Positions 51,818 to 60,570 of a DNA stretch of 64,000 nucleotides are shown here, in pieces. The notes beneath the pieces are model-generated. The model was given only the letters and a program-made list of their open reading frames with translations. It was not told the origin of the DNA and made no database searches. Location: positions 4,379 through 68,378 of the forward strand of contig JAMOVK010000149.1 of NCBI GenBank assembly GCA_027067775.1, given 5' to 3'. The stretch comes from Deltaproteobacteria bacterium (GTDB lineage Bacteria > Desulfobacterota > Dissulfuribacteria > Dissulfuribacterales > QOAL01). Position 1 is the first letter of the stretch. Each line of letters opens with the position of its first letter. Position numbers and translations under genes: made by a program.

Positions 51818-52133
51818 TACTCCTTCTCCCTTCGTCCTGGCAAACAACGACCCAAAGGAGGTTGGTTTTTCAGAATTGCTGTCCCCTGAAAAGAAACAAT
51901 GTAGTACCCAAAAAGTAGTCGTTTTTGCCGTGAATAAAGCTATAGATCTTTATGTTACTTGCCCATCACTAAAATACCCACCGAGTTCTTTAAAAATAAA
52001 CAGCTCCTTTTTATGCGCAGCAAGAGCTTCATTCCTTAATATTCAAGGGTACCATTGTCAATATATAAATGGGAAAGGGGAAAATACAGCCATCTCCAAA
52101 GCAAACAATCCCAATAACAGTGAATAGAACTTT

Positions 52134-53426
52134 CTAAGCGTTTCTGAGTATCTTGGAAGGATCTATGCTGGCTGCCTGTCTTGCCGGATATATGGTTGCA
52201 AGTATACAGATAACAAGGGCAGAGGCAGCAATTATAACAACGTCTGAACTGTAAAGAAGAATTGGTATACTGTCTGTATAGTAAACCTCTTTTGGAATTT
52301 TAATAAACTTATACCTCTTTAACAGCCAGCAAAGTCCTATTCCACCACAAACACCCAGAAAAGTGCCCATTATTCCTATCATGGTGCCGTTTAACATGAA
52401 GATTCGTAATATTTGGCTATTGGTAGCGCCCATGGCCTTAAGTATGGCTATATCCGCTTTTTTCTCCATCACCATCATTGAAAGGGTACTAATGATGTTA
52501 AAGGCTGCAACCAGGACTATGAGTGTAAGAACAACAAACATGGCAAACTTCTCTAGCTCCATTGCAGAAAAAAGATTCCTGCTCATCTGCTGCCAGTCCA
52601 TTATCCAGAAAGGATAGCCAAGAAGTCTCTGAAGAGCCTTTACAAAACGGTCTGCCGCATAGATGTCAGATATCTTCACCTCAAAGGCATGCACCTTGTT
52701 ACCAATGCCAAGAAGCCTTTGGGCAGCCCCTATTGGCATGAATGCCAGGGACATGTCATACTCATACATGCCCATTGTCTGAACACCAATAACCTTTACG
52801 GTCCTGATCTTGGGCATCATGCCAACAGGAGTTATGGTTCCGCTTGGCATTACTATACGAATGTAATCTCCTGCCTGAACTCCAAGGGTGAGGGCAAGCT
52901 CCTTGCCTATAAGGATGGGGGCAGGCCCATCTGAAGGATATTCAGAAAAGCCCTCCACGCCCTTTCCTTGCAGCACCTTGCCAAAGGTTATCACCTTTTT
53001 GACGCTTTCAGGGTCCACTCCCCTTATGGCCACACCGCTGACTGCCCTGCCTGAGCTTAAAAGGGCCTGAATGTAAACTACTGGCGTGGCTGCGACCACA
53101 TGAGGCCTGGAGCCTTGACCCCTAAGCCTGGATAGAATCCCGGAAATCCCTCCCTCTGGCTCTACAATGGTCCCTTCTATCTGCCTTTTTAGCTGCTTCA
53201 CGGAGTCAAAAGGCCCTTCATAACTCCTAATAAGCAGATGGGCATTCACCCCAAGAATTTTTTCCTTGAGATGGTTTTCAAAACCTGCCATCACCGCAAT
53301 GACGACAATAAGGGCCATTACCCCTACGGCAACACCACCAGTTGATATTACAGAGATGAGAGAGATGAACTTGTGCTGTTTTTTTGCCCTCAGATACCTG
53401 AGGGCCATGTAGAGTTCATATCTCAT
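52134..53426 (-). CDS. lipoprotein-releasing ABC transporter permease (LolC/LolE family)
   Basis: MRYELYMALRYLRAKK..FISLISVIS..GVAVGV.ALIVV..VM.GF is the FtsX-like LolC/E N-terminus. There are four TM helices and a large periplasmic loop. Confidence 0.85.
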   Translation of the reverse strand: MRYELYMALRYLRAKKQHKFISLISVISTGGVAVGVMALIVVIAVMAGFENHLKEKILGVNAHLLIRSYEGPFDSVKQLKRQIEGTIVEPEGGISGILSRLRGQGSRPHVVAATPVVYIQALLSSGRAVSGVAIRGVDPESVKKVITFGKVLQGKGVEGFSEYPSDGPAPILIGKELALTLGVQAGDYIRIVMPSGTITPVGMMPKIRTVKVIGVQTMGMYEYDMSLAFMPIGAAQRLLGIGNKVHAFEVKISDIYAADRFVKALQRLLGYPFWIMDWQQMSRNLFSAMELEKFAMFVVLTLIVLVAAFNIISTLSMMVMEKKADIAILKAMGATNSQILRIFMLNGTMIGIMGTFLGVCGGIGLCWLLKRYKFIKIPKEVYYTDSIPILLYSSDVVIIAASALVICILATIYPARQAASIDPSKILRNA

Positions 53427-53443
53427 CTAAAGAAAAACTCCCT

Positions 53444-54943
53444 CTAAGATGCAGTACGCCTGCCACTTTCTGGACGAAGCTGTGGGAAAAAGATGACATC
53501 CCTAATGGAAGGCGAATCTGTAAACAGCATAACAAGCCTGTCAACGCCTATACCTTCACCCGCCGCCGGAGGCATGCCTATTTCCAAGGCCCTGACATAG
53601 TCGTAATCCACCTCTGGTGGAATCTCTTCGTCATCTCCCCTCTTGGCAACCTGCTCTTCAAAGCGCGCCCGTTGATCCCGGGGATCGTTGAGTTCTGAAA
53701 ATGCGTTTGCTATTTCCCTGCCGCTGATAAAAAGCTCAAACCTGTCCGTTACGCTCGGGTCCTCAGCGTTTCTTCTTGCAAGCGGGGATATGTCCGTAGG
53801 ATAGTGGGTTATAAAGGTTGGCTGTATAAGCTTTGGCTCAACCAGTAGATCAAAAAGCTTGGTGAGATACTTGCCAAGAACAAGGTCCTTTCCCATCTCC
53901 ACTCCAAGCTCTTCCAGCCTTTTGTTAAGGGCCTCCCTGTTGTCAAGCTCCTCCTCTGGAATGCCACCCACCTCTACCAAAGACTGTCTAAGGGTCATTC
54001 TTTTCCACGGGGGAGTCATGTCTATTTCATGCCCTTGATACTCAAACCTGGTGTCATCCTTTATGTCCAGGGCTATCTGGGCGAAAAGCTCCTCTGTGCG
54101 AACCATAAGGTCTTCGTAGGTTGCATAGGCCTCGTAGAACTCCAGCATCGTGAACTCGGGATTGTGCTGCAGAGAGATACCCTCGTTCCTGAAGTTTCTG
54201 TTTAGTTCAAAGACCCGGTCAAAGCCTCCAACCAAAAGCCTTTTTAGATAAAGCTCGGGGGCGATTCTCATGTAAAGATCTATTCCCAGGGCATTGTGAT
54301 GGGTTACAAAGGGCCTTGCCGTCGCCCCTCCCACAATTGACTGCATCATGGGAGTCTCAACCTCCAGAAAACCGTTGGAGGTAAAATAGTGTCTCAGCAT
54401 CTGGATAATTCTCGCTCTGGCACGAAAGGTCTCTGCCACCTCATCGTTCATGATCAGGTCTTCGTAACGCCTTCTGTAACGAAGTTCCTTGTCTTTGATA
54501 CCGTGGTATTTTTCCGGAAGCGGTCTCATGGACTTGGTGACAAGCCTTATCCTATCCGCCTCTATGGTAAGCTCGTTGGTCTTGGTGCGAAAAAGGCGGC
54601 CCTCCACCTCTACAATGTCCCCAATGTCAAACTTTTTAAAGATCTTATAGGCATCTTTTCCTATACGGTCCCGCATTACATGAACCTGGATGGAACCGGA
54701 GCTGTCCTTGAGACTGAAAAAGGCCGCCTTGCCAAACCGTCTAAGGGCCATTATCCGGCCTGCCACCCTAAAGGTATCTTCTACCTTTTTAAGGGCTTCT
54801 GCATCATAATCTTCGTATACCTTTTTTATTGCTCCGGCCTTTTCCGGGGTGCTCACATCGTTTGGAAAAAGGTTTATTCCCAGCCTTTCAAGTTCCTCAG
54901 CCTTTTGCCTGCGCTGTCTGATTATCTGACTTTCTTCACTCAA
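53444..54943 (-). CDS. lysS: lysine--tRNA ligase (class II)
   Basis: ..FRNEG.S..HNPEFT.LE.Y.., ..GG.GIG.DRLVM... Start proposed at TTG 54943 (M/LSEESQIIRQRRQKAEEL..), which has GAGGAG 9 nt upstream and gives ~499 aa. ATG 54997 and the track start 55051 are alternatives. Confidence 0.9.
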   Translation of the reverse strand: MSEESQIIRQRRQKAEELERLGINLFPNDVSTPEKAGAIKKVYEDYDAEALKKVEDTFRVAGRIMALRRFGKAAFFSLKDSSGSIQVHVMRDRIGKDAYKIFKKFDIGDIVEVEGRLFRTKTNELTIEADRIRLVTKSMRPLPEKYHGIKDKELRYRRRYEDLIMNDEVAETFRARARIIQMLRHYFTSNGFLEVETPMMQSIVGGATARPFVTHHNALGIDLYMRIAPELYLKRLLVGGFDRVFELNRNFRNEGISLQHNPEFTMLEFYEAYATYEDLMVRTEELFAQIALDIKDDTRFEYQGHEIDMTPPWKRMTLRQSLVEVGGIPEEELDNREALNKRLEELGVEMGKDLVLGKYLTKLFDLLVEPKLIQPTFITHYPTDISPLARRNAEDPSVTDRFELFISGREIANAFSELNDPRDQRARFEEQVAKRGDDEEIPPEVDYDYVRALEIGMPPAAGEGIGVDRLVMLFTDSPSIRDVIFFPQLRPESGRRTAS

Positions 54944-55080
54944 TTTGCAAAACTCCTCAAATATTTCTATGTGCTTGAAACATGCATCAAAATCCATCTG
55001 TGACAGCTTGCAATTCTTAGTGTACTCTTTAAATGGAGTCAAGTTTCCCAAAATATAAGGACAACAGTTTGAGTCTTAGA

Positions 55081-55476
55081 ATGACAAATAAGAGGGGTAT
55101 ATGGGTGCTAGTATGGATGACGATCATCTTCATAGGCTCATCCATACCAGGGGACGACATCCCTAGCGAGATGCCTCCGGACTATCTTATGCACTTTACA
55201 GAGTACACAATCCTTGGAGGATTGATATACTGGTGGTGCATAGAAAAGATATTGGTGTCCAGGGCCTCTATGTCCATTCTCTTCTCTTCGATACTCAGTT
55301 CAGGCTACGGGCTGTTTGATGAATTCCATCAATATTTTGTGCCAGGAAGATCTCCAGATATGGCAGACTGGATGGCAGACACCATGGGTGGGCTGTGTGG
55401 GGCAGCTATTAACATGGTCCTGTTATCGATCCTGAAAAGACGACGCTCATGGACAGAGAAATCATACGGGGGCTAA
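55081..55476 (+). CDS. VanZ family membrane protein
   Basis: Small four-helix membrane protein. ..DE.HQ.FVPGR......D...D..G.. is typical of VanZ-like proteins. The start is uncertain (55033 or 55081). Confidence 0.65.
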   Translation: MTNKRGIWVLVWMTIIFIGSSIPGDDIPSEMPPDYLMHFTEYTILGGLIYWWCIEKILVSRASMSILFSSILSSGYGLFDEFHQYFVPGRSPDMADWMADTMGGLCGAAINMVLLSILKRRRSWTEKSYGG

Positions 55477-56201
55477 AAAACATAATGTTTCTCCTCAAAG
55501 GCATGTCTGCCCTGGGGGTAAAGCATGTTCCAAGACATTATATGGACAGGATTAAAAAAATAGAAAAGAAAATACAAGGTTCCAAGGCCGCACGTGCAAA
55601 CTCTGCCATGTTGGTTTCAGACCTGTCTGAGCTAGAACAAATGGTACGAAACTGCACCCTTTGCGATCTTGCAAGAACCAGAAAGAACGTGGTTTTTGGT
55701 GAAGGTGCCAGGAATCCCATCTTGATGCTTGTTGGAGAGGCGCCTGGCCGGGAAGAAGACAAGCAGGGCAGACCCTTTGTAGGCCGATCTGGTGAACTTC
55801 TGACAAAGATGCTAAGGGCAATAAACCTTGAGCGGTCGGAAGTCTTTATTACAAGCGTTATCAAGTGCAGACCTCCCGGAAACCGTACTCCCAAAAAGGA
55901 GGAGATAGAGGCGTGCCTTCCCTACCTTCTCAAACAGATAGAACTCCTTGACCCTAGACTGATACTGTGCCTTGGTTCAACTGCAGCAAAAACCCTCCTG
56001 AATACAGACGGCCCGCTATCTGGCCTTAGAGGGAAATTCCACAACTTTAATGGAAGAAAACTTTTGGTTACTTATCATCCTGCCTACCTCCTCAGGTTTG
56101 GAGGGGCAAAACTTCTTAACCTCAAAAGACAGGCCTGGCATGATCTTCAAATGCTTCAGAAAGAGTATGACAAAATCAGGAAAGAGATGGAAACCCATTA
56201 G
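55449..56201 (+). CDS. uracil-DNA glycosylase, family 4
   Basis: ..C..C.L...R...VFGEG......M.VGEAPG..ED..G.PFVG.SG.LL.. and the C-terminal ..HP..LLR.. are family-4 UDG motifs. Confidence 0.85.
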   Translation: MDREIIRGLKNIMFLLKGMSALGVKHVPRHYMDRIKKIEKKIQGSKAARANSAMLVSDLSELEQMVRNCTLCDLARTRKNVVFGEGARNPILMLVGEAPGREEDKQGRPFVGRSGELLTKMLRAINLERSEVFITSVIKCRPPGNRTPKKEEIEACLPYLLKQIELLDPRLILCLGSTAAKTLLNTDGPLSGLRGKFHNFNGRKLLVTYHPAYLLRFGGAKLLNLKRQAWHDLQMLQKEYDKIRKEMETH

Positions 56202-57528
56202 GCTTTTGGTATTAACCGTGGCCTTTCTTGCCCTAACTCTTGTCAGTGGGCAAGGAGTGGACGCCAAAAACCCAACTGACACCTTGGAAAAACCAGAGGT
56301 CAGGACAGGGCCCGTTGTGGCAATCAAACTGGATGTATCTATTAATCCAGCCACCTACGAGCTACTAAAAAGGGCACTAAATGAAGCCCAGAAAAGGGAG
56401 GCCTCCCTGTTTGTCATTGTCCTTGATACACCAGGAGGGCTTGTAACCTCTGTGCGAAAGATGGTCCAGCTTATAATGTCTTCCAAGATTCCAGTAGCAG
56501 TGTTTGTATATCCGCCAGGGGCAAGGGCTGCTTCAGCCGGAGCCATCCTTACCCTGGCAGCAGATATTGCAGCCATGGCCCCGGGCACTAACATTGGAGC
56601 AGCCCATCCAGTCGGATTAGGTGGAGATATGGAAGAAAACAGCACCATGGCCTCCAAGGTTGAGAACGACCTGGCGGCTCTTGCTATCAGCATTGCCGAA
56701 AAAAGGGGCAGAAACTCCAGGTGGGCAGAGGATGCGGTAAGAAAAAGTCTGTCTTCTTCAGCACAAGAGGCGTTAAAGCTTCATGTAATAGACCTGATGG
56801 CCAAAGACGTGGAAGACCTTGTCTCCAAGCTCAGGGGCAAGGTTATTACCCTTGCCAATGGACACAAGGTGATGATTGCTCCCAAGGACCCAAGGCCCAT
56901 TTATATAAAAAGGGACCTGAGGGAAAAGATTCTTGGGATCATAGCTGACCCAAACGTGGCCTATATCCTCATGATGCTTGGCATGGTGGGGCTCTACTTT
57001 GAGCTTGCCCATCCAGGCGTCATATTTCCTGGAACTGTAGGGGCCCTGTGCCTGCTACTTTCCCTCTACGCCCTGCACACACTGTCAGCAAGTGCAACGG
57101 CAATACTTCTCATACTGCTTGCCTTTCTGCTCTTTGTTCTGGAACTCTTTATAACAAGCCACGGAATACTGGCACTGTCTGGCACCGTGTCCCTAATCAT
57201 GGGTTCCCTGATGCTCTTTGATTCAGACAGTGCCCTTTCGATCTCCACGTCCGTACTCTGGTCAACGCTGGTAACAGTCAGCCTGTTTTTCCTCATTGTT
57301 GCCTTTGTCGCTGCCAGGGCCGCCCTTTCAAAGCCAAAAACCGGTATGGAGGCCCTTATAGGCAGCACAGGTACCATCAAGGAGGTTACAGGCCCTGGAA
57401 ACTACCTGGTCTTTGTACATGGGGAACTTTGGAAGGCCTTTGGGCCAAAAGGTTTGCACAAAGCTCAGCAGATAAGAGTTGTAGGGGTTGAAGGACTCAA
57501 ACTTAAAATAGAATCAAAGGAGGAATAA
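56167..57528 (+). CDS. NfeD family membrane-bound ClpP-class serine protease
   Basis: Signal/TM, a ClpP-like domain (..VIVLDTPGGLV..), a multi-TM block and a C-terminal NfeD OB-fold. It lies immediately upstream of an SPFH gene, the classic pairing. Start at ATG 56167. Confidence 0.8.
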   Translation: MTKSGKRWKPIRLLVLTVAFLALTLVSGQGVDAKNPTDTLEKPEVRTGPVVAIKLDVSINPATYELLKRALNEAQKREASLFVIVLDTPGGLVTSVRKMVQLIMSSKIPVAVFVYPPGARAASAGAILTLAADIAAMAPGTNIGAAHPVGLGGDMEENSTMASKVENDLAALAISIAEKRGRNSRWAEDAVRKSLSSSAQEALKLHVIDLMAKDVEDLVSKLRGKVITLANGHKVMIAPKDPRPIYIKRDLREKILGIIADPNVAYILMMLGMVGLYFELAHPGVIFPGTVGALCLLLSLYALHTLSASATAILLILLAFLLFVLELFITSHGILALSGTVSLIMGSLMLFDSDSALSISTSVLWSTLVTVSLFFLIVAFVAARAALSKPKTGMEALIGSTGTIKEVTGPGNYLVFVHGELWKAFGPKGLHKAQQIRVVGVEGLKLKIESKEE

Positions 57529-57531
57529 GAC

Positions 57532-58296
57532 ATGCCCTTTGCACTAATTCCAATAGTCTTTTTCTTGATCGTGTTTCTTGCCTCGTCCATAAGAATCCTC
57601 AAGGAATATGAAAGAGGTGTAATCTTCAGGCTTGGAAGGGTCCTCAAGGCAAAAGGACCAGGGTTAATCATTCTGATACCAATTATCGATAAGATGAAAA
57701 AGGTGGACTTGAGGACCATCACCCTTGACGTGCCACCCCAAGACATAATTACCAAGGACAATGTTTCTGTGAAGGTAAGCGCGGTGGTTTACTTCAGGGT
57801 AATAGATCCCGTAGCAGCGGTAATAGAGGTGGAAAACTTCTATTTTGCAACCTCCCAGTTGGCCCAGACCACCTTGAGAAGCGTATGCGGGCAGGAGGAA
57901 CTTGACAGCCTCCTGTCAGAAAGAGAACAGATAAATGCCAAGATACAAAGCATTCTTGATCAGGATACTGAACCTTGGGGGGTAAAGGTCAGCAAGGTTG
58001 AGGTCAAGGAGATAGACCTGCCAGATGAGATGAAAAGGGCAATGGCAAAACAGGCAGAGGCTGAAAGGGAGAGACGCTCAAAAATCATAAATGCTGAAGG
58101 CGAATATCAAGCAGCCCAGAAGCTTGCAGACGCCGCCAGGATAATAGAAAGCGTGCCTGCAGCCCTGCAACTCAGATATCTCCAGACTCTGCGTGAGGTC
58201 TCGCAGGAAAACAGCTCCACTATCCTGTTCCCAATCCCAATTGACCTTGTAAGACCTTTTGTCGAAAAGGAAATAATAAAAGATTCGTCAAGTTAA
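57532..58296 (+). CDS. SPFH/band-7 (stomatin-like, slipin) protein
   Basis: ..[23 protein letters not shown]....VDLR......PQ..ITKDN V.V.V.AVVYFRV.DP... Confidence 0.9.
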   Translation: MPFALIPIVFFLIVFLASSIRILKEYERGVIFRLGRVLKAKGPGLIILIPIIDKMKKVDLRTITLDVPPQDIITKDNVSVKVSAVVYFRVIDPVAAVIEVENFYFATSQLAQTTLRSVCGQEELDSLLSEREQINAKIQSILDQDTEPWGVKVSKVEVKEIDLPDEMKRAMAKQAEAERERRSKIINAEGEYQAAQKLADAARIIESVPAALQLRYLQTLREVSQENSSTILFPIPIDLVRPFVEKEIIKDSSS

Positions 58297-58323
58297 AGAG
58301 TATAATATAAAAGGATCTAAACC

Positions 58324-59202
58324 ATGAATCCGGAGACACGGCCTGAGATAAAACGGCAGCCACTTCTTCCCATTGACTGGAACAGTTCAGAGCTTCCTAC
58401 CATGCCTTCTATTGCCCAAAAGCTCATAACTCTACTTTGTCAGGAAGAGGTTGAAACCCAGCAGCTATGTGATCTTATAGCCAGTGATCCTGCCCTTACT
58501 GCAAGGCTTTTACAGATCTCAAACAGTGCCCTTTACTCCTTAAGCGCAGAGGTCACCTCTATCAGACAGGCCGTGGTTCTCCTTGGTCAGCAAGAGGTTA
58601 TACAGCTTGCCATAAGTAGCCTCCTTGCCAAGAGACTCCTTACCGTACCGGAGGCGATAAAATCCCATGCAGAAAAGCTTTGGAAACATCTTATGACAAC
58701 GGCTGTGCTTGCACAGGATTTTGAATTCGATGTGGAAGAACCCGATCTTTACACCCTGTCCATGCTTCACGATGTAGGCTGGCTGGTCCTGATGTCTCAG
58801 GCGCCTACCCTGTTTGTCTCTCTTTTTGAAGACAAAGGCCGGACGCTTAACGAACTTGAGGCAAGCTGGGGGGTTGATCATGAACTTTGGGGAGCAAAGC
58901 TGCTTGAAAAGTGGGGCCTTCCAGAGCCGTTTCAGATCACTGCCTACAGACATCACCATCCCTTTGCAGATACCGCTCCTCCCAAATACCTGCTGATTGT
59001 AAGCCTGGCAAACTTTCTTGCAAATTCCATGGGAAATTGTCTGTTAGACACTGAAGAACCAGAACCGTCTGATGCCCTTCTGGAACGGCTTGGCCTTGAC
59101 AGGCAGGCCCTTTACGAGATGGTCCAGTGGGCTATTTCTGAAAAAGACAAGATAGATATGAAGTGCGCGCTTGTTTCTGATATTACCCGCACATCAAGAT
59201 AG
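58324..59202 (+). CDS. HDOD domain-containing signalling protein
   Basis: ..LPTMPSIAQKLI.L......DLIASDPALTARLLQISNSALY.. and ..LHDVG.. form the HDOD pattern. Confidence 0.8.
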   Translation: MNPETRPEIKRQPLLPIDWNSSELPTMPSIAQKLITLLCQEEVETQQLCDLIASDPALTARLLQISNSALYSLSAEVTSIRQAVVLLGQQEVIQLAISSLLAKRLLTVPEAIKSHAEKLWKHLMTTAVLAQDFEFDVEEPDLYTLSMLHDVGWLVLMSQAPTLFVSLFEDKGRTLNELEASWGVDHELWGAKLLEKWGLPEPFQITAYRHHHPFADTAPPKYLLIVSLANFLANSMGNCLLDTEEPEPSDALLERLGLDRQALYEMVQWAISEKDKIDMKCALVSDITRTSR

Positions 59203-59373
59203 CCAATACCATATTAGAGGCCCTTTCCAACAGTCGTCATTCTTCACGATGAGCATGGAGAAAAAATGAAGAAGAATCTGGCAGACATGACTGCAACAAC
59301 CCATGCCATAAATGAATCACAAAAAGCCTTCTTCCTTCTCAAGGAATGCAGATTGGCAGGAGGTGACTTTCAC

Positions 59374-59504
59374 AGACTGGAAAGCAGGCCCAAGAGCTTC
59401 TAAGGTTCGCTTCGCTGAAACGCTCCAAAACCGCTCGCTCACGCTCGCTAAATGGAGGTTTCAGCCGCTTCGCTTCACCAAGAATCTCTAGGCCCTGTTC
59501 CCAA
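59374..59504. repeat. 131-bp inverted repeat, left copy (IR-L)
   Basis: The reverse complement of 59374-59504 equals 60440-60570 at 129/131 positions. The mismatches are at 59442/60502 and 59389/60555. Confidence 0.95.
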
Positions 59505-60439
59505 CGCCTGATGAAAAGCCACCATCCTGGCCAATCTGCAACCGATCTAGAACCTTTCTCCTGTAACATACAGCTAGAACCAGAAAATCAATGTGGGACA
59601 TCCGGTGCGGGCTTCAGAAATAACGGCCTTAATAACAACGCAATTTTAAGGCGCCACCTTTCACCCTCGATTGCATAAAACGGAGGCATTCTGGAAAGTA
59701 CAAGTAGTAACGGGCTGGTCCTCACCCCTAAATCACAATTTAACGGTATTGCTAAGACATTTAATAAAATCAAAAACATGGAACGGCAGGGTTAAGCCGC
59801 CGGCTTGAACCCATTGTTGGGCCTCTTAATTTTCTACCGTTTGTTTTGACAAGTTCCTTAATTCCCTTTGCACCCTTTCTGCCAAAAATTTGAGCTCATT
59901 CAATAGAGTCTCTGGCAACCTCAATGATATGGTCTTCACAGACGGCTTCAAATTGGGCAATACTAACCTCTCTCCACTGCTCCAATCTATGTACTCGGTG
60001 GAATCGTTTGATGACCAGAACTCTCTTTCTTGATCTCGTTGTCAAATATTGGTATCTCTTTTTTCCTCATCATAGTTTTCTGTATATCTCTCGTTCTTTT
60101 CGGCTCATTTCTCTTGCTGAAATAATCCGGATTTTTGTACCCCTGATGGTAAATACAATGAAAAGCGGCCTATTAAAAAATATCTGTTCACACTCGAAAT
60201 TACCGACCCGATGCCTTAACCGCATCGTCTATGTATTAAGTATATGCTCTATATACTTGACGCAAGAAAAGATTTATCCCTTTTAACTCAACTGCTCCAA
60301 CCTACTAAATTTTAAAGAATTATGCTGATTCACCACCATTTTAGGTCCAACTTGGGTAGTTGCCAGTTTTTAAAGGTAATGGTCTGAACCAACAGAATTA
60401 TCAGGTGGATAGGGCAAGGATAGGGGTTTGATTAGACAT

Positions 60440-60570
60440 TTGGGAACAGGGCCTAGAGATTCTTGGTGAAGCGAAGCGGCTGAAACCTCCATTTAGCGAG
60501 CATGAGCGAGCGGTTTTGGAGCGTTTCAGCGAAGCGAACCTTAGAAGCTCTTGGCCCTGCTTTCCAGTCT
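60440..60570. repeat. 131-bp inverted repeat, right copy (IR-R)
   Basis: ttgggaacagggcctagagattcttggtgaagcgaagcggctgaaacctccatttagcgagcatgagcgagcggttttggagcgtttcagcgaagcgaaccttagaagctcttggccctgctttccagtct. See IR-L. The unit is itself an imperfect palindrome. Confidence 0.95.

Noticed and set aside
51507-52127. 206-aa plus-strand ORF
   Set aside because: It is antisense to the 5' end of the surface-protein gene and runs through its promoter region. It is a low-complexity Ala/Val/Leu/Ser translation.
54389-55003. 204-aa plus-strand ORF
   Set aside because: It is antisense to lysS and has no SD or motif.
59339-59569. 76-aa minus-strand ORF covering IR-L, as a real repeat-encoded protein (its ..SERERAVLERF.. 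stretch faintly recalls LuxR/sigma region-4 helices)
   Set aside because: The IR-R copy of the same frame has no start codon. Both inter-copy differences are non-synonymous. The similarity to HTH motifs is a few residues only. A non-coding or hairpin role fits better.
60067-60072. Tandem in-frame TGA-TGA read as two selenocysteines
   Set aside because: Adjacent Sec codons are essentially unknown. There is no Cys/redox context, no downstream SECIS-like hairpin at the right distance, and the ORF has no recognisable family. I treat it as a pseudogene lesion or a chance frame.
59924-60286. 120-aa plus-strand ORF inside the IR-bracketed segment
   Set aside because: It has no SD, and its Leu/Ser/Ile/Phe-rich composition is typical of AT-rich non-coding DNA. 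It overlaps the more gene-like but broken minus-strand frame.
59374-60570. Integron attC sites, a CRISPR array or a retron as explanations for the hairpin repeats
   Set aside because: The units lack the attC R''/R' core sites (RYYYAAC/GTTRRRY) and are in inverted, not direct, orientation. There is no intI, cas or reverse-transcriptase gene in the window. There are only two copies with no regular spacer pattern.
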